A stretch of DNA of 64,000 nt from Nitrosopumilaceae archaeon (lineage in GTDB: Archaea > Thermoproteota > Nitrososphaeria > Nitrososphaerales > Nitrosopumilaceae): contig CBDBMG010000001.1 in the NCBI GenBank assembly GCA_965207375.1, positions 32,001 to 96,000 on the forward strand, read 5' to 3'. Positions 13,373 through 26,133 of the stretch are shown in pieces. How positions within the stretch are numbered: the stretch's first letter is position 1; each line of letters begins with the position of its first letter. Both the position numbers and the translations under genes were made by a program. The notes below the pieces were generated by a model. That model was given only the letters and a program-made list of their open reading frames with translations. It had not been told where the DNA came from and made no database searches.

Positions 13373-14716
13373 TAGTCTCGCGTAGCCAGACCCTTGTAAT
13401 AGAATAAGGGTCTGATGACTCTGGTATACGGCACCTGTGCAAATGGATGCAATTATTCATATAAATAACGTAACTTTGCGCGAGACATTATTAAACATGG
13501 CTTCTATTTACTGTGGTAGTACGGCCGATGATGTTCCTTTGTTCTGCGTAGATGTAGAACGCGTAAAACATCTTGTTCTAGGAGAAACACTAGTCACCAC
13601 AGGCAGATTTTGAGTCGGTAATGATAGACGAAATTGAACTACTCTACTCTCTTGTCTGGCTTTAGGCAAGAAATCTAGCCACTTTATAACCAGCGCGCTC
13701 CACATCTTCATCTGCCGCTGCCATTATTACATGGAGTGTGACATAATTTACGCGGTTTTCGTCATAATAATTCAATTTAAACAAATACTGCGATTTGATT
13801 GGTACTGCCACTGGGAAGTGATAAAACCTGGACTGGACTCTGGACTGGATTCTGGACTGGATTCCGTGCTGTAAATGTGATGTTTGCTTGATTTCTGATT
13901 TCTAGCCAGTAATTTCTGGCAGAGTGTACGAGATTTCAGTTAGTGTCCGACCCCTCGTTGCACCCGTAATATAGCTAGGCATGCTGCGTTGGGAGAATCT
14001 TTCTGCATGTGTAATGAAGCCTTCAGAGTCGAGATGATGAGTGCCTCATGACGGCATCCGATTGACAAGCGCTTGGTTTCTTGTGAGTACTGAAGTTGCA
14101 AAAGATGGGACCTAGAGGGGTGGCTATAGAGCACCTCAACTTTTTAGCTTTCCACCTGGTATATATAGGGCCTAGGTAATGACATAGCTACTATTTATAA
14201 CATAAAAATCAAAATAGACTTTTTGTTAAGGTCCATGCATGCAGAGCAAACTCGAGGGGAGGGGCTGCTTGCAGTAATTGGGTGGTCTATTCTATAGATG
14301 CTCTGTCCCTCTACTTTTAACTCTATAGCCCCACCCCTCCAGTCTCCACCTTCTGCAACTTACGCACAAAACTAACTACGCCAGACTTTCCGGGCAAGCG
14401 TACGTATGCTTGTAGCTACGTATGTCAATCAGATTGTGAGGCACTCATCATCTCCAAAGGCCTCCTTGCCCCTAATCTATGAGGTATGTTCAACCAACAT
14501 ACCTAGCTATAGCTAGACCTATTAGGTACAAAAATCATATTTACAACACGGAGTCCAGAATCCAGTCCAGAATCCAGTCCAGAGTCCAGTCCAGGTTTTA
14601 TCACTTCCCACTGCCACTATAGTGGCAGTAAACACAAGTAGTACTAGCTAGAGTCGCCAGACCCTTGTATCAGCGCGCGGCGCGATCTATTACAAGGGTC
14701 TGGCTACGCGAGACTA
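13373..14716. mobile_element. TAG..CTA TIR element with 9-bp TSD (AcademH-like, non-autonomous)
   Basis: TAGTCTCGCGTAGCCAGACCCTTGTAATAG perfect TIR; TSD gtacggcac; the intact HINE sequence provides the empty site. Confidence 0.8.
13813..14609. mobile_element. MULE-like TIR element nested in the AcademH-like element
   Basis: GGGAAGTGATAAAACCTGGACTGG.. long TIR; 9-bp TSD actgccact. Confidence 0.82.
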
Positions 14717-15704
14717 GTACGGCACTTGCTATCGATACTGTTGATGGACGGGGCCTTAGTTACGAAGCGCGTCGTGTGTTACTGCCAAAGAAGAGCAAGG
14801 TAACGCTGTATTTGCCGTTCATTACACGGTAAAAGCCGTTTAACCAGTTGTACATTACTAACAAGACGGAACTCTTCAGTTTTAAAAGTGGGCGTGTCGT
14901 GCGGGTTGCGAAGCTTATAAAAGAAGACTGGCCTATAGTGCTACAGTAAGAATTTCAGCATAAAACAACTTTATACTACTTTCAAAAAGTTTTATCACTA
15001 AAGTACTGGAGTACAAAGCGGGTTTAAACAGAAGAATTAAATTCGCATGCGTTGCTATGTGTTCCTTAGTGATGAGTCTCTGCTCACGTGACTTATTGGT
15101 GACGTCATTAAGAAACTATTATAATACATTGAATAACAGTAGATTAACAGTGGTTTAACTTGCACACAGTACCTGGTTTTTAGATGGTAATACGTCAACT
15201 TGTTTTTGATTATGTTTGGATATTGGAAGTCATTGTGTTTGGGAAATTTAAAATTCAACCTAAATAGTAGCAAATTTTAAATGTTGTTGACAAATTTGAG
15301 GAGTGAAGGACCCCGGTAGAGACACTGTGCATGGGGTTGAGTTTCTCAAAGTTGGGGGCTCTTCCCCTCCAGCTCCCCAGTCCCCATTCCGCTGCCACCA
15401 ATAATAAGAGTTAAAGAAAGTTTAAATACATAGTTTCTAAGATCAAAATTTATCCATTAAATTCCAAAAAGAGTTATAGCCATACAGCCCAATAATTTTA
15501 ATGGCTCGTGTAATCATCTTTAGCTAACTACATGGCTACCTATCAATTAATTGCACTACTATATTAAAAAGACACAGCTACTAACTGCATAAGTAGCTAT
15601 ACAGCTAGCTATTATGAAATTGTCAGTGAAATATTTATAGTGTATAACTATAACTACGTAGGTAATGTAAATGTTGTTAGTAACAGAAATTTTAATTGAT
15701 ATAG

Positions 15705-16032
15705 CAACAGCTCCACCAGTTATTGTTGAGGGACAATGCATACCACAACCAGAAGTTATTCCTAATAATGATGTAACAGTGATGATAGGATCTCCTGCAT
15801 ACATTGCTGATGGATATGATCTCACTATTACTTGTAATATTATTAATGGAATACCTCCAATAAATATTAGTTGGTATCGTAATGGAGTAGTTGATTCATC
15901 CAGAGGAAGCACATCAACTATCACAATATCAAGTGTGGACATTAATAAAGATAATGGTGTAGTCTATAGCTACCTGTAGAGCTGAAAATGATAACGGATA
16001 TGATGAGCAGCTCACTAGTGTTAATGTGTTTG
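15705..16032 (+). pseudogene. Multi-Ig gene exon, Ig domain 5, frameshifted by a 4-nt GCTA insertion (15969-15972)
   Basis: Paralogous to exon 5881-6195; removing gcta restores VYTCRAENDNGYDEQLTSVNVF G|gtaag; length 328 = 324+4; alternative in-frame acceptor at 15710. Confidence 0.85.
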
Positions 16033-16224
16033 GTAAGTTAACAAATGTATATGGAGAGAGGAGTTGTATTGTTGTATGTCAAAATTAATAATCATATTAG
16101 AAGATGAGAGGTGATAGTAGCTACTGTCACTGCTGAAATCACCACTCATGTCACAACGATACATGGTGAATAATCAACAAAACTGAAGTTTGTGCAGAGG
16201 CACTGTGCCTTGTTATATACAGTA

Positions 16225-17120
16225 CAGTCCAACTACAACTCCACATTATCATGCGTTATTACACGTGTTCACACGTGGCTACACGGAAAGAGCTGTCATG
16301 TCCCACGGCCATGTCTAACATTGTCACACATGTCCATGCATGGAAATTAACGGTTACACGGCTATAAGAGCTGCCGTGGCTGTGTGTCCTACTCAACTTC
16401 ATGTGGAGGACATTCATAGCTGTTAATATTGAAATATAATTGGTATGCCTCATCATGGTTCTTTAGTTCCAGCAACATTGCAACGGCCACAACTATGTCG
16501 TGGAGGACAGTTCGGAACGAAGCACTTCATTTTGTTTGTAATATTACTACCAGATTAACTAAGCAAGTAAGGAGGCCTTCAAATCATCAGTTTTCTTGTA
16601 CCTCAGTCGAGACAAAACTTTGACACGTGAGCCAAACAGTTTTCACCTCGTGTTTTTTTCTTGATGATCAGGTGAAGGCCAAGGTGTTAGAAATCAAATA
16701 TCTCCTCGAAACTTTTGTTTAAGTAAGTTAGCTATGTTTTATGTATTGTAGTAGTTAGGTGGCGATGGAAAGGTTTCCCAGTATAGCTAGCGCACCAAGT
16801 ATTTTATTTCAAATTTCAATTGATAACAGTTTGCAAAAGCAGCCTGTAAGGAAATAATGTGTCTTAACATCAATAAGTTATATGAAGTTCTTAGTTTATA
16901 ACCTTAATCTATGTAGCTAATATGCGGAAGATATCCGTTGATTCACACGCTGGGAATACTAGCCCACTCATGAAACAGACCCATGTAGAAATCACGCATG
17001 TTTTGTAAGTCGTCTAAATAATTATGTAGATTCACGTGTGATTATTTTTCTCTTCCACGCTGAAACACGCGGGGTATCACGTGTCAGATATCACGCATAT
17101 GTTAAGTTGTAGTTGGGCTG
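16225..17120. mobile_element. TA-flanked TIR element with CACGTG/ACACG-rich subtermini
   Basis: CAGTCCAACTACAACT..AGTTGTAGTTGGGCTG, TA on both sides. Confidence 0.7.
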
Positions 17121-17567
17121 TACATAGCTAGCTAAATCATGAAAGGTTTCCATATTTTGCAGACTGCATAGCTATGTATTGTAGCTAGACTGGCTACACA
17201 GCATTTATTTCACTATTATCGTTTATTAATAGGCAACTGTTTTTGATACAGCTATAGCTGCAATACCTGTAGGTACGTACCTTAGTTGCTATACTGAGGT
17301 AGCTACGTATGTGCATGGTGGTTAAAATAGTATATGTTTTCATGATCACTACGCTATGACCAAAGGTACGTAGATGCATGCAGTGTTGGTGAATACTATG
17401 GATGGCATATAGCTAGTACGTAGCTATAATGCAAACATCAACATCAATATTGTAATCACATTAGCTGATGGTATAAAATATGCATGCACATACTACAATT
17501 AGCCATAGCTTATAGCTAGCTTGCTATGTAACATCCTGTCAACTAGTTATGTTTGTTATTGTTCTAG

Positions 17568-17622
17568 CTCCATTATGTTCTCATGGAATTTGTAGATCTA
17601 GAAGAAATATCTTGTGCATAAT
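17568..17622 (+). CDS. Multi-Ig gene, small Cys-rich exon (APLCSHGICRSRRNILCI)
   Basis: ttctag acceptor, gtaagt donor; phase 1 in and phase 2 out, matching both neighbours. Confidence 0.65.
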
Positions 17623-17965
17623 GTAAGTTGCTCTATAGTTAGCTACGTACATATGTAGATAATAATGAGGGGCCCCGACTCTTGTACGAGATTTCAAATC
17701 TTGATTTTGAGCAAGATTTCAAGATTTCTGCAAAGATGTCTGCAAGATTTAAATTGTATTTACTATTTTTCTATGTATTTACTTATAATTTTGAATTAGC
17801 TATGACAGAAAGTAAGCTCATGCACTTGTGTAGCTATATCTAGAAACATTCGGTTTTAGCTATAAGATTCAGATTTCAAGATTTCTAAAAGCCTATATGA
17901 GATTTCAGTGGAGTTGGTGTATGTATGTATGTATGTATATGTATAGCTATGTATGTACCCCATAG

Positions 17966-18143
17966 CCCTGATTCTATGTGCTTGTGTAAACCTCAACTGG
18001 GATATTGCTCTGCTGCATATTACTCTACTGAAACACGACCACTCCCAAAAGCATGTAAAAGATGCAGAATTCCTACTGACTTGGATTGTATAAAGATGTG
18101 GTCTCAATGTGTTAAGAAACAAGATGAAGATGCTCATGGCCGA
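17966..18143 (+). CDS. Multi-Ig gene, Cys-rich C-terminal exon (IPDSMCLCKPQLGYC...KACKRC...DCIKMWSQC...HGR)
   Basis: catag acceptor (phase 2), gtaagt donor (phase 0); a 57-nt intron to the attag acceptor at 18200 is followed directly by TGA at 18201-18203. Confidence 0.7.
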
Positions 18144-21100
18144 GTAAGTCCTATAATTAACTGTATAATAATATTATGTTATTGTTCAATATCACATTAG
18201 TGACCTGTCACCAGCTAGCTAGTATACATTCAAGAATAGCCACAGCTATCTTAGTTTGCCAAATCAGAATGTAAAATAGATCAGAGATTCGGCTTGTATG
18301 TTAGCTAAGGTGGCTAGGCTTAAAGATGATTATGTGTCTAAGTATGAAATTAATCAAGTCATATTGATAATATTTTGATAGTCAGCATTGCAAGATGTGG
18401 CTACAAGAATAAAATTGCATATCATAGGAATTGTTTAATTTTTAACTATAGAAACATACAGCTAGCTATATGCACATGTATAACTACGTATTCAGTTGAA
18501 ATACTTGTAGTCACTGACATTGCAGTATAATGTGACTCACCTACCTAATTCATAAAGAGCTAGCTAGCTACATAAGAAAATACTCACAAAGATTTGTACC
18601 TATAAAATTAGCAGATAGCTAGCTATCTGAATTAGGCATTGTTACCTTACAAGCTAAGTATACATGTTGAGGGATATTAGCTACTTGCAATAGAAAAGCC
18701 TACAGTATTAATTCCTTCCTAGTTTGTTGACACTTAAAATTATAGTTTCTTGTCAGGTATAACTAAACATTGTAGCTATAGTTACTTACAAGAAGCATTA
18801 ATGTCCTAAACAAAACCAGCTGGTTGTAAAAAAATGTGAGGATATAGCTAAAGGTGACCAAGTGACAAAGCAAATCAATAAAAGCATTTTTAATTGGTTG
18901 CTTATAGCTATAACCATATAGCTACAATGCCGCTTATGATTGGTCTAACTTCTTTTACAGCCAGGCCGTTTTTGTTTAGGTTATATACATTATATAGGTT
19001 ATACATACATGCATACATTATTACTGTCTGTTGTCACTTGTAGCCTACACGACGTATGAGGACTACTACTAACTTCAAAATCTACATGCATCCTTGCTGA
19101 CAAGTGAAGTCACAACAAAAAACTGGATTGAATAAATATTGTGTTCAAATACTTAGACTTACTTTTGTATATTTCCCAATTTAGTTAGTTATATAACCTG
19201 ATGCTGTGGTTTAGTGTGTAGCTATAGCTAGCAACAATGATATAGCTACATAGTCAATCATAAAAATGAGTTGTTTAACTCTAGAGATAGCCTTGCACAA
19301 TAGCATGATGGTAATACTCACATGACGTGAATGTATTTTTAGTGCATTAATCTGTCATAACTATACTCTCTGTACAGCCACATGTGCATGCATGGTCTGG
19401 TAAATTTACTAGCAGATGTACCTGCCCTATTGTGCAAGGTGTATTTGAATGCATGCTCCTATGCATAGTGGTGGTTAGATCATAACAGTCAACTACTCCA
19501 CAATGGATTCCCTACAGTCTACTGAGTCTACTTAGTTTCCTGTGCTTGTTGTCCTATGGCTACATTGGTAGTCTCTGCCTAATCTCCAACACCTATACCA
19601 AAATCACCCCAATCTTAAAAAGGTGATAAACACCTAATTTCTCATTATTGACCAATCAGTCTAACTCCAAGGTCCATTTAAAACAATGCGCTGGTGATGT
19701 TTAGTAGGAAACTTGAGAGATCTAGAAACAAAACAATGAGTGATATAGCTAATAGTGGTCATCCAGAGTTTGACCCAATCATCTATAGCTATTGTATGTA
19801 ATACCATGCATGTTTTTCAGGTCTGTAGAGGAGTGGTTTTGAAAGCCACCAAAACCTTCAACATAATATATTTTTTATGTGTGCATGCTGCAGCACTATA
19901 AGGCATTTTTCTCTCTATAATGTTGCCAATTCTTGAGTCTGCTTCACCAGCTCGGCTGCAATACAACAAAAAGGCAAGTACTTTCAAAATGCTGTATATA
20001 CGTGTAGCTATATAGCTAGCTACGTGTGTGCCCAAGTAGCTAGAGTCCATGCAAAGTGACTACATACACATGTTCATGTAGCTAGCCACTCAACTTGACT
20101 GTATAGCTAGCTATATAGTGTCTAACCAGAAATTGCTTTGAAGTTGGGTGAATCACAGAAAAGCCTATCACTCACCAATTCCTACTGTCAGCAAGGTGAC
20201 TTCCCTTTGACAACCTTACGGTCATCTCTTACCCAATGTAGGTATGGATTATTCACCACCTATAAAATATCACTAAACTAAGCCATGATTTAAGTTGTTG
20301 ATGCATCCGCTTGATAAACCTGCTGTTCAACTTTGTTCTACAAAATTTTATGCCGCTACAGCAGCGTGTTTTGGGATCTTCACATGGCAATGATATCCTT
20401 GATTGACTTACTGTCCGACGTGTCCGTTGTTCAATCTGTGTTAGTTATGGAGATATGTAGGCTTCCACAGTGTTGTAATTTGTATTATGCTTCTCCCACC
20501 CTCTACATTCCAAAATTTATCACTTACTTTTTAACAATAATTTTGATACAATCTATTCCACGAAGTGTAATGATATTGACTCTTGCAATTGGTGGATAGA
20601 ATGGAGGAATCTCTTCCTAACTGCTGCAACTAATCCTTTGGAGTGAAGCTTTAAACAGCTGCCAGGAGCACTAGATAAAAGGCTGCAGGAGATTTTCAGT
20701 CAGAAATTGTATCAACTGGAAATGTTTCAGTTATTGCAGTAACATCAAATATGATCAATGCTTTAATGTCAACAAAGATTACACTTTAAATACACTTTAT
20801 GGACTAGAATTGAAGGGATAGTGTTCATAGTAGGATCAACGACGGGTTGATACTGTAGAACCATCTAGAACACTTTAATGGAGTGTCAATGGTTGATCAT
20901 ATAAATAGTGTGAATTCCAATATCACGTGATCTTTACTGCCTAAATCGCCAAAACAAATCAGTATCGTATAGCGGGAAATTTTCGGATGCGGCTTAAATT
21001 TTCGAAAAAGAGATTTCGATAAATATTTTCGAAAATCCTCCAAACAATGCATGATAACGTCTATGGCTATATTAGCTACCTAGCTATTTCGAAAAATATT

Positions 21101-21472
21101 TTCGAAAGTGCTTGACCATTTTGGAAAATTAAACCATTCCAAAATTTCCCGCTAATTTAATTTACAGATCTGTACAATAAATCAAACTGTATAATGGAGA
21201 AACAAAAAATGGATACATATCTGATGGTCTACCAGTGTCATGCACTGATAGCCAAAAGCTAGCTATATATACGGTATATTCCCCGCTAGCAAGTACAATA
21301 AGTACAATATCACCTCAGGGTCAGATCTGACCATCTATTGTCGTTTCGGTATGAGATGCGTAACTATCGTTGCGTGAGATCACGTGACCGTGACTCGCGT
21401 GATATTTGCAAGGTGAATCTTTGTCGGATCGATCTTGGTGGTGGCATGTTTATTTCAGTTTAATGTGCGAGA

Positions 21473-21560
21473 ATGAAATTATTTGTACAATTTGTGCTTT
21501 TGATGTTACTGTCATGTAATGACCCATGCTGCAGCGAGAGAACCTTCATTCCAGGATGCG
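21473..21560 (+). CDS. IgGFc-binding/Calx-beta gene copy 1, exon 1 (signal peptide MKLFVQFVLLMLLSCNDPCCSERTFIPGC)
   Basis: ATG plus hydrophobic core; gtaagt donor in phase 1, in frame with the exon at 24273; paralogous exon at 46187. Confidence 0.8.
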
Positions 21561-24272
21561 GTAAGTTCTGCTTTCATTGTATGCATGTAGCTCGTAAATT
21601 TCAGTATGTATACGTTTTACTTATTTTTGATTGATTTTCAAATGTCTTTTCACCTCTCATCCCATCAAAATACATGCATGAGAAACCAAGTAGCTATCAA
21701 GTTTGGACTAACTCATAACTGATGATACCTTTCTTGGCATTTTATGTACTGGTCTTAACTGTTAAATAAGTATCAGGCCAGCAGCTCTTTCTGCATGGTG
21801 ATATAGCTAGCAAAAACTGTACATGTGGTTGAGGTGGGTGAGGTGATATACAAAAATGAGTTGGCAAAATTAATTTTGGTGATCTAGTGCAACTAGTTTC
21901 AGGTGACTATTTGCACATTTTAAGAGCTGCCTTTTCTAACAGCTATCAGAATCAGACACAAATCATTAATGACACCTCTCATAATGAAGACTATTGGACA
22001 CCTTATCACTAAGGTAAACATTTTAGGGCATAATCCCCTAATCAAACAAAAATTTGCAAAATTTAATTGTGACTTGCTATCATTTCAGTTGAAAGTCAGA
22101 TATGTAACCTCAGTAGTCACACCAGATAGCTAGCTAGCTTTAAACAGTCAGAGTTAGAAATTTTTCTGCATCGGTAATCCAAAATTTTCATAACTGTACA
22201 AAATTTCTTCAAGTAGGAGATTTTGCATTTGAACGAGGTAGCTAGCTAGCTATATACTTTACAAGGGCACAATGTTTAATAGTTATTTCACAAAGGGAGT
22301 TTCTTGCCAAGTTTGCAGAAACTTTGTCCCTATATAGCTAGCTACAATATAAAGACTTGGCCATATTTGTTAAAAATCTAACCTCATAATCTGATTTAAA
22401 ATGTATGATAAATTTGTCTGACCAAATTAGATTTTGATTGGCCAAATGCTTTTCAGAAAATGGCCAATAGCTAACTACGTATATGCAAATCCAAAGCTAT
22501 CCTTGCTGTCCATTTTGTTTGACTGATAATCAATAATTGAATACTGGTAATGACCTATAGTAAGGAATGAAGCCAGCTAGCAGTCATTAGAGGGAAGTCT
22601 TTATGGTTTTTAAGGGAAACCTTACAAGCTCATTAGAGTTACATTAGCCAATGATTTGTGGCTGCAATGATTTCATATGGCACTAAATATTATGTGGCTT
22701 CATAAAGGTCATAGCTCCTTGTAAGGTACCACAAGTAGCAATCCCCATAAACATTGCAAAATATGCTTTATTCCTTATATAGTAAAACATATTATTCATA
22801 GCAGAGATAGGTAGCTTACCTCTCTCATAAATCTGTTGTACAAATTACACCACCATAGTCTTGTGACTGCATTCTGAGTTTATGATTTGCACAAGTCTTA
22901 GGTTTATGTAAGTGAGCTGTAGATCACCATTTATATAAAGATTCATAGCTACAATAGGGTGAGTCACATGACGTCTTAGGTTGTTGTGTATGTTACCATG
23001 CTACAAGATTGCTACAAGATTGCTACGTACAATTTAGTATGGGTAGAGGTAGCTATATAGCTAGTAGTAATACTGATATTTCATATACACGTAGCGCTAC
23101 ACATTTGTTCACAAAATTTTGTTCAAATTGACCCAAAATTGAGGAGTTATAAGTAATTTTGCATAAAATTCCGCTTGCACATGCCTCCCACAAAAATGTT
23201 GTTGCAATTTATCTGAATTTTTCAAGGCTTAAAGCTTCTATTGAAAGTAGACTGTTTTGTTAATCACAATGATCTGTGCTTTTCATCTACTCATATAGCT
23301 CAGAAAATAAGCATTATATCGATATCCACCAGTTATACCTCACTTCACAAAAATTTTATCCAGTCATTTCCAAGGTATGCACCTCAAAAATTGCCAATAA
23401 ATAACACACTGGTAGTTGCTGGCTCATGCCTCTATGGCTTCTAAATCATCGACACATGTATATTGATTATCATGATATAATATTGACATTCTTGACACGA
23501 CCACAGTAAAATTATTTTGATATCATAATTCCTGTAATACATTAACTAGCAAAGCAAGGAGAATATGATGTAGCTGTGCATCAGGTTGTGGCAAAGTTTT
23601 TAGATATAGACCATAGCCTTCACTAAGTCCTGGACTGCATGGACTCAAAGATATCTTAAATTGGAACAACGTTGTATTTTGAACAAGATGGCCAAATTTT
23701 GTATCAAAATCTCATGAGCTCACAGCCCATAAACTTGTAAATTATTGATGTACACTTACAGGGAGTTAGCAGCAGGTATGACAAGGTTTATATTTTGATG
23801 AATTGGTAAATTTATCATTAACTAGTGAGTACAGACAATAGAACATAATATATATTGAATGTTTTGTTAATCTAAATTTTAGCCTTAAAAGGTCATGTTA
23901 TATTTTGTGTTAATCTTTGCTGCAAGACCCTTTTGCACTGTATAGTGTTTGGCAAGTCGCCTAAATCATTATCAGAGATGAATATTCTATGTTAAAATCT
24001 AAAATTGACACACCCACTCTGCATAGTGTGCTGCTATGGTTGTATACCACTAGTACTGCTCATAATGTCCTAGCTATGTATGTAGTGTTAACTGTTTTAA
24101 TAGTTCCAATGAATTATGGGTACATAATTGCTTGAAGGGACTGTACAACGGAATTTGTTCAGGAATTCATTTTAGTCTGTTAAAATAACCATTATCATGC
24201 TTGCTTGCTATAGCTACATATTGTTATAGCATCACAATACATTCTATATTATTGTTGTGTTGTATTCTGTAG

Positions 24273-25703
24273 ATCAAACTAATGAAGGAAATGAATTCTT
24301 TGTGGGATTTTTTAGAAATCGATTTGGCAGAACTGATGAGCCTGAGGAGATACCTCCAGTTCTTTGGATCACAACTAAAGAGTCTATGCCAGTCAACTTT
24401 ACAGTGTTCACTTTTTTTGGACTTCTTACTAGTGGTGTAGCAACTCCTGGAGAAATAACATATGTTGACATACCTCTTGGATTTGTTGTGTTTGATTCAT
24501 CTGTAGATAGTGAAACTGATACACGGTTTAAAGGAATTCATATTAAAGCAGAAGATGACAGGAGAATTGTTGTGTTTGGTCAAAATGAAGAAGTAGCATC
24601 CAATGATGCTTATCTAGCCTTACCAATTATTTCACTGCCAGCAGGAAGGTCTTATGAGTACATTGCAGCATCAATATTTGGAGATTCAGGTACTGTTGCA
24701 CGAGCTTCTGATAGTGTGGCTCTAATTATTGGAACTGAGAATGATACTGAGATAATCCTTGAACCGCGTGTTCTCATCAGGCATCCCTTTGCTCCAGCAG
24801 CATTTGGTGGACGGTTTATTCCTGGACTTCCTGTTCAGTTTCGTACTGTAACTATTCAGAGGTTTCAGTCATTTTATCTTCAGATTCGTGGTGGAGATAT
24901 ATCTGGTACTCGTATAATAGCAAATAAGCCAATATCTGTTTTCTCTGGACATGAGTGTGCTAATGTTCCATTAGCTAGTGAACCTTGTGACATACTGATT
25001 GAACAACTTCAACCAATAGATACATGGGGAACTGAAGCAGTTACAGTTCCACTGAGTAAAAGGAGTGGTGATGTACTAAAAGTGTTTGCTTCACAAGACT
25101 CTACTACAGTTAATGTTACATATACAAACATCAGTAGTGGCATGGTTACCAGTGATAGTTTCACACTTAATCGTAATGGATTTAGAGAGTTGGGGGGTAC
25201 TTCAACAGTGGCCACAGGGGCTATTGCTGACTTTGCCTTGATACAATCTAATAATCCAATTGCAGTATTTCAATTTAGCAGAAGCTTTACAACTGATAAT
25301 AATACAATATCTGATCCATTTATGTTGTCAGTACCATCTTGTGAACAATATCGTAACAGTTATGCTGTAGTTCCAGCTCCATTTGATCCTTCAATTGAAG
25401 GCACTGCAGCTTCAGGACGAGTTGCATATGTTAATTATACTAACATTGCAGTACCAGCTGATTATTTTAATGCTAGTTTAATAACAATTAATGATAATCC
25501 AATTAATGTCTCAGAGTTTAGGCCAATCAGGAGAGCAGATAACAGCATATGGGGCTATGGTGCACAGTTAGTACTTGATGAAGGAGCTCAAGTGATAAGC
25601 CATTCAGATCCAAATGCAGCTCTATCAGTAACCATATATGGATTCAGTAACCAGATGTCATGGGGTTGTACTGGAGGAACAGGTCTTGCTCCTGTTGCTC
25701 TTT
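24273..25703 (+). CDS. IgGFc-binding-domain (FCGBP N-terminal-like) exon, copy 1, intact
   Basis: 477 open codons with DQTNEGNEFFVGF, GIHIKA...SNDAYLALP, DISGTRIIANKPISVFSGHECANVP, CDILIEQLQPIDTWG and SDPFM motifs; tgtag acceptor, gtaagt donor. Confidence 0.92.
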
Positions 25704-26076
25704 GTAAGTTATGAGCATCTGTTATTGTATGTAAATGTCAGTGTATCTGCTATATATTTACATGATCTCAGAACCTTTTTGTTCTCAAGGATACAAGGTT
25801 GTGGTCATTTAATGTTTACAGATGATGGCAGATGGCATTTCTTTTTGAGAATAGAACAATAGCCATTGAATTATTGTACTCAACATTGACCACAGCACAG
25901 ATGAGCTGTTACAGCAGCTGTTGGCTCTTTGCTATTATTCATTACCTATTGTCATAGTTACAGTGTGTGTATATTTGTACTTGTAAATTACCACTAATAA
26001 CACTTTCTCACTTATGATGTACAGCTAGTAGCTACCATGGTTACCAAATGATATTGAGTCATGTCATTATCTGTAG

Positions 26077-26133
26077 CTGTGGTCTCATTTGAGACAAATG
26101 GAGGATCAGGAGTTATCTTAATAGTATCAGAGA
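26077..26133 (+). pseudogene. Truncated Calx-beta exon of copy 1
   Basis: SVVSFETNGGSGVILIVSE matches 53188 onward, then is replaced by a hairpin-family-B fragment (~26134-26425); the rest of the Calx-beta sequence is absent before alignment to copy 2 resumes (~26440 vs ~53745). Confidence 0.8.

Larger units (their letters stand above)
13210..15204 (+). mobile_element. Helentron-type non-autonomous element (HINE/DINE-1-like) with nested inserts
   Basis: 5' TTAAACCAGG..CCTGGTTT inverted repeat, GT microsatellite, 3' CCTGGTTT subterminal repeat plus ...CAACTTGTT end. Confidence 0.75.
13124..15315. mobile_element. CGAGGGGTCC-family MITE (outermost layer of a nest)
   Basis: CGAGGGGTCCTTC..GAAGGACCCCG; flanks atagagac/gtagagac; sister copy at 39030-39269. 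Confidence 0.65.

Noticed and set aside
19600-20850. Possible LINE endonuclease remnant on the - strand (FDVTAITETF-like)
   Set aside because: Only one weak motif in heavily degraded sequence; boundaries cannot be supported
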